Source: Amphiscolops sp. MND2022
Taxonomy: Eukaryota
Direction: 5' to 3'
DNA: 64,000 nucleotides
Assembly: GCA_964187785.1 (NCBI GenBank)
Contig: OZ076409.1
Span: forward strand, 14,510,001-14,574,000
Each line of letters begins with the position of its first letter. The first letter of the stretch is position 1. Both the position numbers and the translations under genes were made by a program. Under the pieces are notes generated by a model. It did no database searches and was not told where the DNA came from. It worked only from the letters and a program-made list of their open reading frames with translations. This document shows, one piece after another, positions 23,672-34,312 of this stretch.

Positions 23672-23884
23672 AGTACTAATTTCCAGAAAAATATGTAGGT
23701 TTTTCAAAAGATAGAAAGTGAACGAAAAAAATGTAAAATTTTCGATTTATTCGAGATTTTTTTGCAAAGTTTTAGTTAACTAAAACTTTGCAAAAAATAT
23801 CTCGAATAAATCGAAAACTTTATATTTTTCGTTAACTTTATCTCTTTTAAAAAAAACCTACATATTTTTCTGGAAACGAGTACT
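23672..23884. repeat. About 210-bp palindrome / fold-back centred on GTTAAC
   Basis: Perfect core ttttttgcaaagttttagtt|aactaaaactttgcaaaaaa; outer arms ttccagaaaaatatgtaggttttt / aaaaacctacatatttttctggaa. Confidence 0.9.
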
Positions 23885-25258
23885 GTACAAATTTGTTCAT
23901 TTCAAAGTATGTGGTCACTAAAATAGTTTGGGGCGGAAAATATCGGATGCTTGGTGGGCGTCCTGTTCCCTAATCCTGAGTTGAGCTCTGATTCTAAAAT
24001 TAATGTGACTCTCATTGAATACTACTGATGTATAAGGTAGTACTTCCGTCAGCTCTAACTCTTACGGAAAAGATAGTTCTTGAAGGCTAAAGCAACACTC
24101 ACTATTCGTGAAACATAACTACAATTCTTTAAAAACCTTCAAAAGATCATTGTGAGTTTTTTTAATCATTTTTCAACGAACTCCTTAATGATAAACGACT
24201 GCATTGAATGCATCTTGATGAACAAGCAGGAAGTGAAAGTCATTTGAATGACAAGCTGTAATATTTCTCAAAACATGTGATCAACCATGGAAGCATTCTG
24301 AATTGTTTTCACGTGTTCGACTTGAGTAGACATTGCATCATAAAACATTGACCACAGAATGACGTAAGCAGAAATGGCGACAGTTTGACAGGTACTCAGC
24401 TCGTCAAAAACTTGATTGATGTATGTCTGTAAACAATGACAAGATCTTGTATGTACAGTACCTCGTTTGCACAACGAGTTTCGTTTTGTCCTCGACATAA
24501 TAAGATCTTTTGATAACACTGTTGATACCGCCAGTGGAATTCATTTTTTGGCGAGATTTGAAGGTTCAAAACGTCCAGTTTATGAATTAAAGGTAAACAC
24601 TGAAGCAGGGAAATTAATTAATTTTTTGGTGTTATGTAAATCAACTTGTTCAATATAAACGAAATAGGTTGTCTATCAACATAAAAATGAGGTGTTTTAG
24701 CCTTATATACGACGGAAGTAAAAGGTTTGCGTCATAATTGGAGCGAAACTTGAGATCTTAATATTATGGATTTCTAGCGTGGGTTCTACTTGAGTTATAC
24801 CCTAGTAATGAGAACGAAAATGGAAAACTTGCGAAAAGCTCAGTGATATCCTGCAAGAGCTTTACAAGATACTTCTTGTATAAGCAAGATTTCGAAGTTC
24901 AGAATTCACCTGGTAGTGTTTCCCAAACTTGACCCGAACCATGGAACAGAAACAAAGTTATGATGACTCTTGAAAAAAGTGATCCCTTTTGGGTTGAAAT
25001 CAATGTCTTTTGGGTAGTTCTTTATCCTATCAGAAGGAGTCATGACTTAAAAATTACCTTCTGTACAAGTCTTGCAGCCAAGCAACAAGAGCTATTTTGA
25101 ACTCATCGCTTTTTGAGGCTCGTAACTCGTTTGGACGAACCGATGCTTCGTTCCATGTTTTGCTCTACTCAGTTGATTCAATATTTTTTGCGTCATTGTT
25201 CTCAGAAGTTGGGTTTGAAATTTTGCAACTCACGAAAAAAATTACTATGAAATGTTAC

Positions 25259-25464
25259 TGTGGTAGGTGCTAACATTACATAACCTAAAGCTTATGTGAG
25301 AAAAGCAATAGTGTGAAATACTTTATTACGTAACATAGTAACAACCTGCCAAATTATGCCAAAGTGGCAAAATAACAACAATTGCCATAAATCAGAATAC
25401 CGTTGAATTTACAGTTGCTATCATATTCTTCTTTACTTCCACTCCTGAGTCGTAGACGTTTACA
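25259..25464 (+). repeat. 5' LTR
   Basis: TGTGGTAGG...GTTTACA, identical to 30441-30646. Confidence 0.98.
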
Positions 25465-27038
25465 TGGCGCTGCGAGCAGCTGACGATGATCAATCAAATG
25501 CCCCAGTCCCTGGACTGAGTTACTTCTGGCAAGATGCCGAAAAATCCCCTTCATACGACTGGGATCAATGGCTGCAACTATTTGAGGTAGCAGTGTTGGC
25601 CCGTCACTCAATTTCTGTTTCCGAATTGACAAGAAATGCAGAACAACAACCCCGGGCCCAAGCACTGATGGGAAACATGGAGGAAGCCCCTGCAGCAAGA
25701 AAGGTAATCAGCTTATTGTACATATCATTGGGAAAAACGGGCAGAAAAATGCTCATGGATAAGTTCCCCCAGATTAATATCTTACTGATCCAATTACAAC
25801 AATTCCTCCAATTTTGCAACGAGTGTTTCCAAATACGTCGAAACAGAACGATGGACAGACATACCTTCTTGTCGCGAAAACAGAAGCCATCGGAATCACT
25901 ACACCAGTACTGGAACGTCCTCAATGGATTAGCAGCCAAATGTGACTTTGGTAACCAAACAGAAGGCTTGGTGTACGATGTGTTTGTACTGAATATGGCA
26001 AATAAGCAGGTACAGGAGAAGCTGTGCACAGAGCCGAAAGAGACCCCGGCAGAGGCATTACAGTTCGCCATAGCATTTGAAGACGGATTTAAAAGACAGA
26101 GAACATATGGCTACATCGGAAACGAGACGAAAATTAAAGAAGAACCAGTTTGTGCAATAAGTGGTAATCGACAGAACACAAAAGAATGCTGGAGATGCGG
26201 TGCCGGTAATTTTACAATGGACCACTTGAAATTCTGTAAAGGACCAAATGCGACATGTAATTACTGCAGCAGAAAAGGCCACTTGGAGAAAGTTTGTAAC
26301 CAAAAGAAAAAGGATAAATTACAGCAAAGTGGTAGATTCAGAGCAAGTGGCAGTAGTGAACAAATAAACCGCCGCGTTCGATTGGTCGACCAGGGAGAAG
26401 AAGAGGATGACGATAATTTCTTGGTTTTGAATATAGATGGCCAAAGCGAAAACGTAAAACCGTACTACATGGAAGGGTTTATTAACGGAAATCGCTTCAA
26501 AACAATGATCGACTCAGGTTCGCCAGTAACCATTTTTGCGCTAGATGAAATTAAACAGATCATGCAAAGAGAAAAATTACAAGTGCGTCAAATGATCAAA
26601 GGCGAACGGTACGTGGACTTCAACGGGAAGCCGTTGAACTTACTGGGATACGTTTTCTGCGAATTACAAGTGGGGGACCAATACATTAAAAAGGCAAGAA
26701 TTCTAGTCACAAAGAGCCGTACAAAATCGATCATCGGCAGAGAATGGTTGTCAACGTTGAAATATACAATTGCCCCAGCTAACAAAGGTGAGTGTGAAGT
26801 TAATTCAATTGAAAAAGAAGAAGAACTAAGTACGGAAACCAAGCAATTTTGTAATGATTTTCCACAACTGTTCAAAAGAAATGGGAAGATAAAAGATCAT
26901 GAAATCAAAATAAAGCTAAAATCGGACGCAAAAAATCACGCAACAAAAAGGGAGACGAATCCCGATCCAACTACAAAACGCGGTAGATGCGGAAATAAAA
27001 CGATTACTAAAAGAAGGCCATATAGAAAAAATCAATGA
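25464..27038 (+). CDS. gag: Gag (two zinc knuckles) + aspartic protease; goes out of frame at about 26935
   Basis: CWRC...H...C and CNYCSRKGHLEKVC; protease MIDSGS and IIGREWL. Confidence 0.93.
   Translation: MALRAADDDQSNAPVPGLSYFWQDAEKSPSYDWDQWLQLFEVAVLARHSISVSELTRNAEQQPRAQALMGNMEEAPAARKVISLLYISLGKTGRKMLMDKFPQINILLIQLQQFLQFCNECFQIRRNRTMDRHTFLSRKQKPSESLHQYWNVLNGLAAKCDFGNQTEGLVYDVFVLNMANKQVQEKLCTEPKETPAEALQFAIAFEDGFKRQRTYGYIGNETKIKEEPVCAISGNRQNTKECWRCGAGNFTMDHLKFCKGPNATCNYCSRKGHLEKVCNQKKKDKLQQSGRFRASGSSEQINRRVRLVDQGEEEDDDNFLVLNIDGQSENVKPYYMEGFINGNRFKTMIDSGSPVTIFALDEIKQIMQREKLQVRQMIKGERYVDFNGKPLNLLGYVFCELQVGDQYIKKARILVTKSRTKSIIGREWLSTLKYTIAPANKGECEVNSIEKEEELSTETKQFCNDFPQLFKRNGKIKDHEIKIKLKSDAKNHATKRETNPDPTTKRGRCGNKTITKRRPYRKNQ
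25465..25479 (+). promoter_or_regulatory. Primer binding site, probably tRNA-Ser
   Basis: TGGCGCTGCGAGCAG directly after the LTR; complementary to a ...CTGCTCGCAGCGCCA tRNA end resembling tRNA-Ser. Confidence 0.8.
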
Positions 27039-30000
27039 AATCAAAGATGACGTATTTATACAGCCAACGGTAATAACAGTGAAGAAAGACCGTTCAGTAA
27101 AAATTGCGTTGGATGCAAGAGCGTTAAATCAAGCCATTGATAAAGATAAATACCAAATGCCGAACCTCGATAATTTGTTAGACATGGTGGCTGAAAAGCT
27201 AGACAATGAAGAAGGTGAGGCATGGTATTCATCAGTCGATATGACTTACGCATACGGTCAAATTCCACTACATTTGTTAACAGCGAAACACTGTAATTTT
27301 CAAATTATTGGCGGAGAATCGACGGGGACATACCGATTTGTAACAGGTTTTTATGGTCTGACGGTTATGCCGACAGAATTTCAAAAAGTAATGGATTTGT
27401 TATTAGCAAAATTTAGAGAAGTGTTTGTCTTTATAGATGATATTTTAATTGTAACCAAGGGAAACAAAGCTGAACATTTGAATAAAGTGCGGGAAATTCT
27501 AAAAGTGCTAGATAAAGCAGAATTACAATTAAAGGCGGGAAAATGCAAATTTGCTAAACAAGAAATCGAGTGGTTAGGGTTCAAGTTGACAAATTCGGGC
27601 ATTTCGCCAATAAATTCGAAAGTACAAGGAATTACAGAAAAACTCAGACCAACGAATTTGAAAGAATTAAGATCGTTCTTAGGCGCAGTGAATCAATTCA
27701 ACAGATTTGTCCCAGATTTGGCTACAATTTGCTTTCCATTCCGTTCAATTTTAAAAAAGGAGGCTAATTGGGAATGGAATGAAGAACACGAAAAAGCATT
27801 TAAAAGAATCAACAAAGAAGTGAGAAAAGTCGCGGAACTGACGCATTTTAAAAGAAACAAAGAACTGAGAATAATATGCGACGCCAGCAAACAAGGATTA
27901 GGTGCGGTACTTCAGCAAAAGGAAAAAGAAGGGTGGAAACCAATTTCATACGCGTCAAGATTTTTAACTGAACTAGAAGCAAAATATTCAATAAACGAAT
28001 TAGAGTTATTAGCCGTAGTCTGGTCAGTGGAACATTTTAAAAATTACGTGTACGGGATAAATTTCGGAGTAGTGTCAGATCATAAGGCGCTACAAAGCGT
28101 TCTAAAGTCGAATAAAGGAAACAAAACGTATTCAAGTAGACTCACAAGGTGGGTGGATAGACTCCTTCCTTTCGATTTCAATGTAGTGCACGAACCTGGC
28201 AGAACCTTAGGTTTAGCAGATTATTTGTCACGCCATCCTTCTGAATATAATGGTTCAATTCTAAAAGCGGAAGAATTGTTTAATAATTGGTTTACGATAA
28301 ATGTAGTGAAAGAAATCGTCCCAACATTAAATAGAAAGTCAGCAAAAGAAAATGAACCAATCAGAAGCGAGGAAAGTTTTGGAAGAACGAAATTGGCAAA
28401 CAAGAGTGTGCTAACAATTCACCAGCCTACGCAGTCGAGCGTAAATTGTGAACAAATAAACAAAACGCCAATTAACGCAGAAATGGCGAATGATCTAGTC
28501 AATTCAAAAATCAGCCAAGTTTACGTAAAGGCTAATTACGAAAATGACAAAAACATCCAAAAAATTATTCGTTTAATAAAAAAGAAAGATTCGTCCGTAA
28601 TCGCTCGACTACCGCCCCCGTGGAGGGAAAAATTCTCATCATTTAGCTTAGATTCTCAAGACTTACTTTATATGGATCAGAGATTAGTGATTCCAAAAGA
28701 TATGAGAGAGAATGTTTTACGCGCTATCCATTTCGGCCACGCAGGGAGAGACGCGATGCTACGGGAGGCGTCAGATGTATGGTGGCCAAGGATCCATAGA
28801 GAGATCATAGAAAAAGCAAAAAGTTGCGTGGACTGCCAAAATGCAGGTAAGAATCTTAAATGTTTAAAGAGTCAAAAAGATTTTGGAAAACTACCGGAAG
28901 CGAATCAGCCTAATGACGAAATATCCTTAGACTTTGCTGGCCCATTTCAAAATGCAAGAAAACAGAAAAAGTATTTGTTAGTCTCGGTCGATAATAATTC
29001 AGGTTGGCCAGATGCAATGTTTTTACCAAACCCAACAGCTGAAAAGGTAATTGAATTCCTGTTAGAGTACATTGCCAAAAATGGAATTCCGAAAAGAATA
29101 CGAACGGACCCGGGAACAGTGTTTACGGGGGACAAATTCAAAGCATTTTGTAGAGAAAAATTCATTCAACACATAGTATGCCCAAGACGTGACCATAGAG
29201 GAAATGGGAAAGTTGAGAGAATGATTCGAACGGTAAACGAAAGGCTTAGAACAAATAGAAACATAATTGTTCAAAAGGATACAACGGGAATATCAAATAT
29301 ATTATTTGCGCTAAGATCGGAAAAGGGAGCGGACAACAAATCAGCTTTTGAAAAGCAAATGGGTAGAACACCAAATACATTAAAATCTGCTATGATAAGA
29401 AAGTGTATTTTAGAAGAAGACCCAAAGCTCCAAATCGAACCCGAGGACTTCAGCGAAGAAGCCGATTCAACAATTCTCGTAAGAGAACGCGTGAGAGGTA
29501 CCAAACTCGAAGGAAATTTCAAAAAGATGAAAGGAAAGGTGACCGCTGAAAGTGAACACACCATCACAATCCAGCCGAAAGCCGGAAAAACAACAATATT
29601 GTCCAAGCGAGATGTGGCTAAAGTAAACGAAGGAGCCAGCACAAGTGCAATGAAACAAAATGAAGAAACCAGCACGAGCGCACAAAAGCCATTTAAAGCA
29701 AAGAAAGCAAAGAAGCAAAAAGTGGCAGCGGCAAAGAAAAAGCCAGTCTGGGAAGAAATGGCAGAAAGGGAATTCTTTCGAGGCAGACTCGCATCAAACG
29801 TGGGCGAAGAAAAAGAAGAACAAACTGAACCAGAACAACAAGAAGAAAGTGCTGAAGTAAACAGCGCAGACGAATCAACAATACCGGCAAATGAAGAAAA
29901 AGAAATGAAGACAACGGAAAGCATGGAAGAAGAAGAGAAGATCAAAGAAAAGAAAGTTCCCGTGAAGGGAAAGATAAAGTGGGAGAAAGTAGCGCAAAGA

Positions 30001-30126
30001 AGTTCAACGCGGACCCAGAAAAAGCCTGATTGGCTAGGAAACAACATAATGGTCACAAAGATCGAACAGGAATCCAGCGTAGGAGGAAGCCTACCGAGTG
30101 TATACGAAATACCTCCCCCTCAATAG
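26935..30126 (+). CDS. pol: Pol: reverse transcriptase, RNase H, integrase with long charged C-terminal tail (ORF track 27079..30126)
   Basis: Frame open from ITQQKGRRIP. RT VDMTYAYGQ and FIDDIL; RH CDASKQGLGAVL, ELELLAV, SDHKAL; IN H..H...CVDC, DFAGP, TDPG, ERMIRT. Confidence 0.95.
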   Translation: MTQQKGRRIPIQLQNAVDAEIKRLLKEGHIEKINEIKDDVFIQPTVITVKKDRSVKIALDARALNQAIDKDKYQMPNLDNLLDMVAEKLDNEEGEAWYSSVDMTYAYGQIPLHLLTAKHCNFQIIGGESTGTYRFVTGFYGLTVMPTEFQKVMDLLLAKFREVFVFIDDILIVTKGNKAEHLNKVREILKVLDKAELQLKAGKCKFAKQEIEWLGFKLTNSGISPINSKVQGITEKLRPTNLKELRSFLGAVNQFNRFVPDLATICFPFRSILKKEANWEWNEEHEKAFKRINKEVRKVAELTHFKRNKELRIICDASKQGLGAVLQQKEKEGWKPISYASRFLTELEAKYSINELELLAVVWSVEHFKNYVYGINFGVVSDHKALQSVLKSNKGNKTYSSRLTRWVDRLLPFDFNVVHEPGRTLGLADYLSRHPSEYNGSILKAEELFNNWFTINVVKEIVPTLNRKSAKENEPIRSEESFGRTKLANKSVLTIHQPTQSSVNCEQINKTPINAEMANDLVNSKISQVYVKANYENDKNIQKIIRLIKKKDSSVIARLPPPWREKFSSFSLDSQDLLYMDQRLVIPKDMRENVLRAIHFGHAGRDAMLREASDVWWPRIHREIIEKAKSCVDCQNAGKNLKCLKSQKDFGKLPEANQPNDEISLDFAGPFQNARKQKKYLLVSVDNNSGWPDAMFLPNPTAEKVIEFLLEYIAKNGIPKRIRTDPGTVFTGDKFKAFCREKFIQHIVCPRRDHRGNGKVERMIRTVNERLRTNRNIIVQKDTTGISNILFALRSEKGADNKSAFEKQMGRTPNTLKSAMIRKCILEEDPKLQIEPEDFSEEADSTILVRERVRGTKLEGNFKKMKGKVTAESEHTITIQPKAGKTTILSKRDVAKVNEGASTSAMKQNEETSTSAQKPFKAKKAKKQKVAAAKKKPVWEEMAEREFFRGRLASNVGEEKEEQTEPEQQEESAEVNSADESTIPANEEKEMKTTESMEEEEKIKEKKVPVKGKIKWEKVAQRSSTRTQKKPDWLGNNIMVTKIEQESSVGGSLPSVYEIPPPQ

Positions 30127-30440
30127 CAGCAAAAACTGAAAACTGAAACTCACGAAACATTCCCGAAAGCCTGATAACTCAAGGCTTACTTATAGTTATT
30201 GCCATTGTCATGTAATCTGTAATCTTGAACCCGCAGTTTGAGTTTTAAAAGAACTGGTGTTGTAGTAACATTTGTTCAAAAATTGTTTGTGTTTTTAGTT
30301 GATACGTATTATCAAGAAAATTGTAGCAATCTGTAAAAACATTGGCTAAACGATGGACCAATCACATAACAATGTTAATGTAAACGTAATTAAAGTTCAT
30401 TTGTACAAAACCCCATGACCTTCATTAATACCGAGGGAAG

Positions 30441-30646
30441 TGTGGTAGGTGCTAACATTACATAACCTAAAGCTTATGTGAGAAAAGCAATAGTGTGAAA
30501 TACTTTATTACGTAACATAGTAACAACCTGCCAAATTATGCCAAAGTGGCAAAATAACAACAATTGCCATAAATCAGAATACCGTTGAATTTACAGTTGC
30601 TATCATATTCTTCTTTACTTCCACTCCTGAGTCGTAGACGTTTACA
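30441..30646 (+). repeat. 3' LTR preceded by polypurine tract GAGGGAAG
   Basis: Identical to the 5' LTR; followed by GTTAC. Confidence 0.98.
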
Positions 30647-32938
30647 GTTACTTACACGTGTTTTTTTAGGTGTCCAATTGGTTTATGCAAACTCAAAATT
30701 TCCCTTGAAAAAAGTAATTACGATGAATTTATATTTAAAATAACAGTTAACACAAACTAAGGTTGAATTTTTATCTGGCAAATAATTTTCCAGTCGAATA
30801 TGTGCCGAAAATATATTTCCAAAACTTTTACAATCTGTTCGTCAAATCTGGGTCCAATTCTTCTGGACTTGCTTCAAGTATTGTTTCCCGGAGCTACTCT
30901 TTTGACGTGAAGTGTCGGTTCTCTGTGTATATACGACATTTGATTATTCATTAGAAGTTTTCTATAGGATCTAAAACCCGTGAGCAGGGGCCATGCCAAT
31001 AATTCTGAGTCATGAATACGAAAGGATGCCAAATAAGCCATCGATGTGTTAGAAACATGGGAAGGAGCAATTTTATCTTGTATGAAAATAATAAATTTTT
31101 TCTCGTTTGGGACTTTAATTTTCTACCATGGCTCAAACGTCTTGGCAAGAAGTTCATCATAAAAAATGCTATTCATCTTGTCACAGAACGAACCTCTGAA
31201 GGGGCCCACATTTTCAGATTCTTTAGTTCCAGCGCAAAACCTTACGTCGCCTCGGTCTAGTTATCGTGAATGGAAGAACTGATGGAAGAAGAATGAACTG
31301 ATGGAAGTAAAACTGGCAGCCGACAAGCTCCTAGAGAATCCATCTGGGCTTTCAAGCGTTGCTCTACGCACATTAGTGAAAATAACTCGCCAAAAATTAA
31401 ATTTCGTGTACGTTTTGCACAAATTACGCGTTTTTCTTCATTTTGTGTCTCCTAGTGTGGTTTTCGCAGATCATATGACCAAGTGGTCAAATTTATATCT
31501 TCATACAACATTTTTCTGGTTTGCAGGGGTCTTTTCTTCAAACATGAGGATAGATTCGACTTACCACGTTTTGTAATGTCTGAAAAGACTTGTCTTCCGT
31601 TGGTGCTTTTTTCATAGCTAGAACAAACCGCCTGATGGTCCGGTGGTCCCTTCAGGCTCTTATGATATTTTCAAAGTTGTTTTTCAATAACAAATGATAT
31701 CTTGATCACAACTTTCTTTGATGATAAAGTATCACAGGATCACTCATTGAGAATTTTAAAAAAAATTGTGTGAATAGAATAAACAGAATAAAATCATCAA
31801 GGCTTTTAGTATAGTTGCTTGAGCCTATCTGACAGTTTGAGTGTATGTTGACAAAAAGTCATTCGGTGCTTTAACTGGTATTTGATCACGTTGGATAATG
31901 TGAGAATCTTTGCTTCGACTGTGTAAAGCAAGCAAAATGAAATTTACTGAGTTTTGATGAAGGTAAGGACATTAAAACTATATACATAAACGAATATGAG
32001 GCAGCGTAATTGTTCCGGCGATTTGAAGACAGAGTTCTATATTAAAATGCAGCTAAGATTTCATCACTTTTCCGCTATTTTAAAGCTACTCAACTTCAAG
32101 CAGTTCATATCTTTCATAGCAGCATCATCCTCAGCGTGCAATTTGAATATCGTGGTTACAAGAATTGACCACTTCGGGAACAAAACGCAGAAAGATGAAG
32201 TGATAGAGATGTTAGCGAACCAAGAAAACTTTCAGGTTTAATTGAAACATTGGATGCTGCATTGTAATCCTACAAAGTTTTTCCAGGCAGGCTCCCTGAA
32301 AAATGATATGACTTGCATGCCTCTTATATGATCATTGTATGAACTAAATGTTTTTATATGGTCATTGTATGACTTGTATGTTTTCCCTAAACCTTATAAT
32401 GGAAGTGAGTTTGTTTTTAAGAAACATCTCTAGTAGTGATGGCCTTGGGCTGTTGAAGGAGGAACAGTAGATCACTCCACTTGCATTTCTGCAATCAAAA
32501 ACAGATAGATGCAAGGTCTTTGCATTCGCAAGCAAACTGTTCAACTAGATTTTTCTTCAGCATTAACTCTTTTATTACAGCTATACCCATTTTTAAAGGA
32601 ACTTCGTGTTTCATTGGAAATCAATCCTTGATAAATTAGTATTAGATATCAGAAGTTGTTGAGTGAGACGATAGAAAGGGGTTTATGGTTGAAGAGCGGT
32701 TGACAAATTCATCAACGTGAGCTTCGTTATGCTAAATTGCCATGGATGGACAACATTTAGTCCATAAATGGACCCTACTATGGTCATTATATGACTTGAA
32801 TGTTTTTTTTCTATTGTATGGTCATTGTATGACTGAACTGTTTTCATGGATTACATATATCCCTTTTTAAATCTAGATTTTATCTATGGAGGTCAACCTC
32901 CATAGTTTCTCATTTAGTTGTGAGTGTTTTTGAGATAG

Positions 32939-33405
32939 TTTTTAGTCGGCGCTTCATGAATTGAAACGCGACTATTATAGTGACTCTTCTTTTTTCCAAT
33001 CCACACGAACTGACCAAAATAGTTCTTAAAAGTTCTACGAAATTTTATGGTCCCAAATTGAATCATTTGGCCTAGCGAACTGAACCAAAAAGGTTTTTCC
33101 TCTTTTTCCGCGTAACATACCGTACCGGGAGAGCCTAAAGGGTCCCCCTTTTCAGTTTTTTTTCGGCATTGTGAGACTTTTTTTGGAATTTTTTTTTCGT
33201 CAAAGGGTTCCCATTTCAAGTTTTTGATGTTTTGAAACGATGGATGTTAAAAAAAACGAAAGGATCCCTCTTTTCACCTGGTGCGCCAGTTCCGTCGTTT
33301 GGGTTTTTCGAGAGTTTGATACTTTGAGTTTTTTGACACTTTCATGTCCTTTTGTTATTTTTGAGCCTTAGATATGGCGCTGACTTATGCCGTTCCCGGC
33401 TTGTT
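32939..33405 (+). mobile_element. Helentron/DINE-1-like non-autonomous element
   Basis: tttttAGTCGGCGCTTCATG ... GGCGCTGACTTATGCCGTTCCCGGCTTGTT; 5' part closely similar to the 11326 copy. Confidence 0.75.
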
Positions 33406-33899
33406 AAAAAGATTTCTCTAGCATTGCAAGAATCTTGTAACTTGAAATGCTCTTTTCGAGTTGGGGGACAATGTCATCTATCCCCCAGCTAGCGGACCCC
33501 GGCGCGCCACTCGGTCCATTTGTTTTGGTTTTTCGATTTTCGATTACTGTAAATTCAAACTCAGCAGGGGGGAAATAAGACACAAGGTACAAAAACCATA
33601 ATGTCGACATCGTTTGCGTTGCAATTTTGGTCCAATAAAATAACTGATGTCGACATAACCCTATCCATTACATTGACTTTCAGTTGGAATTTGCTCATTA
33701 GATTTAACAGCGGACAAACTCTGCGCTGAAACAGGGGCCTTTTTTATACGGTTTTAGCTTGTTCAAAACGTGAACTTCTGCTATTTTGGACAATAATATA
33801 AAAAAATTATGGTATTTTTCTAACCTGAAGTGTCCAAACAGTTGTAGAGATAATCCTCTAAGTATTTACATTCATATAATATTCTATTATTAGTGGAAT

Positions 33900-34312
33900 A
33901 TTTTTGTGTCCCCCCTTTCAATTTTTTTTCGGCATTTTGAGATTTTTCTTCGAAAATAAAAACTTTTTCCCCAAAGGGTCCCCTCTTCAATTTTTTGATA
34001 TTTTACTACAGAATGGGTGTTTAAAAATTACAAAAGGTCCCCCCTTTCAGTTTTTCGGCATTGTGAGACTTTTCGAAAGTTTGTTTTTCTCCAAAGGGTC
34101 CCCCCTTCAACTGCGACAAAAATGGTGACAATTTCGGAAGTGTCCGCCCCCTTTTAGCGCGCCAGGGGCTCGCGCTAGCGGACCCCGACGCGCCACTCGG
34201 TCCATTTGTTTTGGTTTTTCGATTTTCGAGTACTGTAAATTGACACTTGGAAGTTCTTTTGCTATTTTTGAGCCTTGGATATGGCGCCGACTTGGGCCGG
34301 TCCCGGCTTGTT
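33900..34312 (+). mobile_element. Helentron-like element, 5'-truncated
   Basis: Intact 3' end GGCGCCGACTTGGGCCGGTCCCGGCTTGTT; start approximate. Confidence 0.65.

Larger units (their letters stand above)
25259..30646 (+). mobile_element. Full-length Ty3/Gypsy LTR retrotransposon (Mag-like), very recent insertion
   Basis: Identical 206-bp TG...CA LTRs, 5-bp TSD GTTAC, PBS, PPT, domain order gag-PR-RT-RH-IN. Confidence 0.98.

Noticed and set aside
29271..30056. 261-aa antisense ORF and other ORFs opposite gag-pol, LINE and Polinton genes (e.g. 1162..1383, 55960..56676)
   Set aside because: Shadow frames of biased or repetitive coding sequence; no motifs.
32053..32235. Possible host exon containing IVVTRID (GTPase G4-like)
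   Set aside because: Single short motif with no supporting exons; needs RNA-seq.
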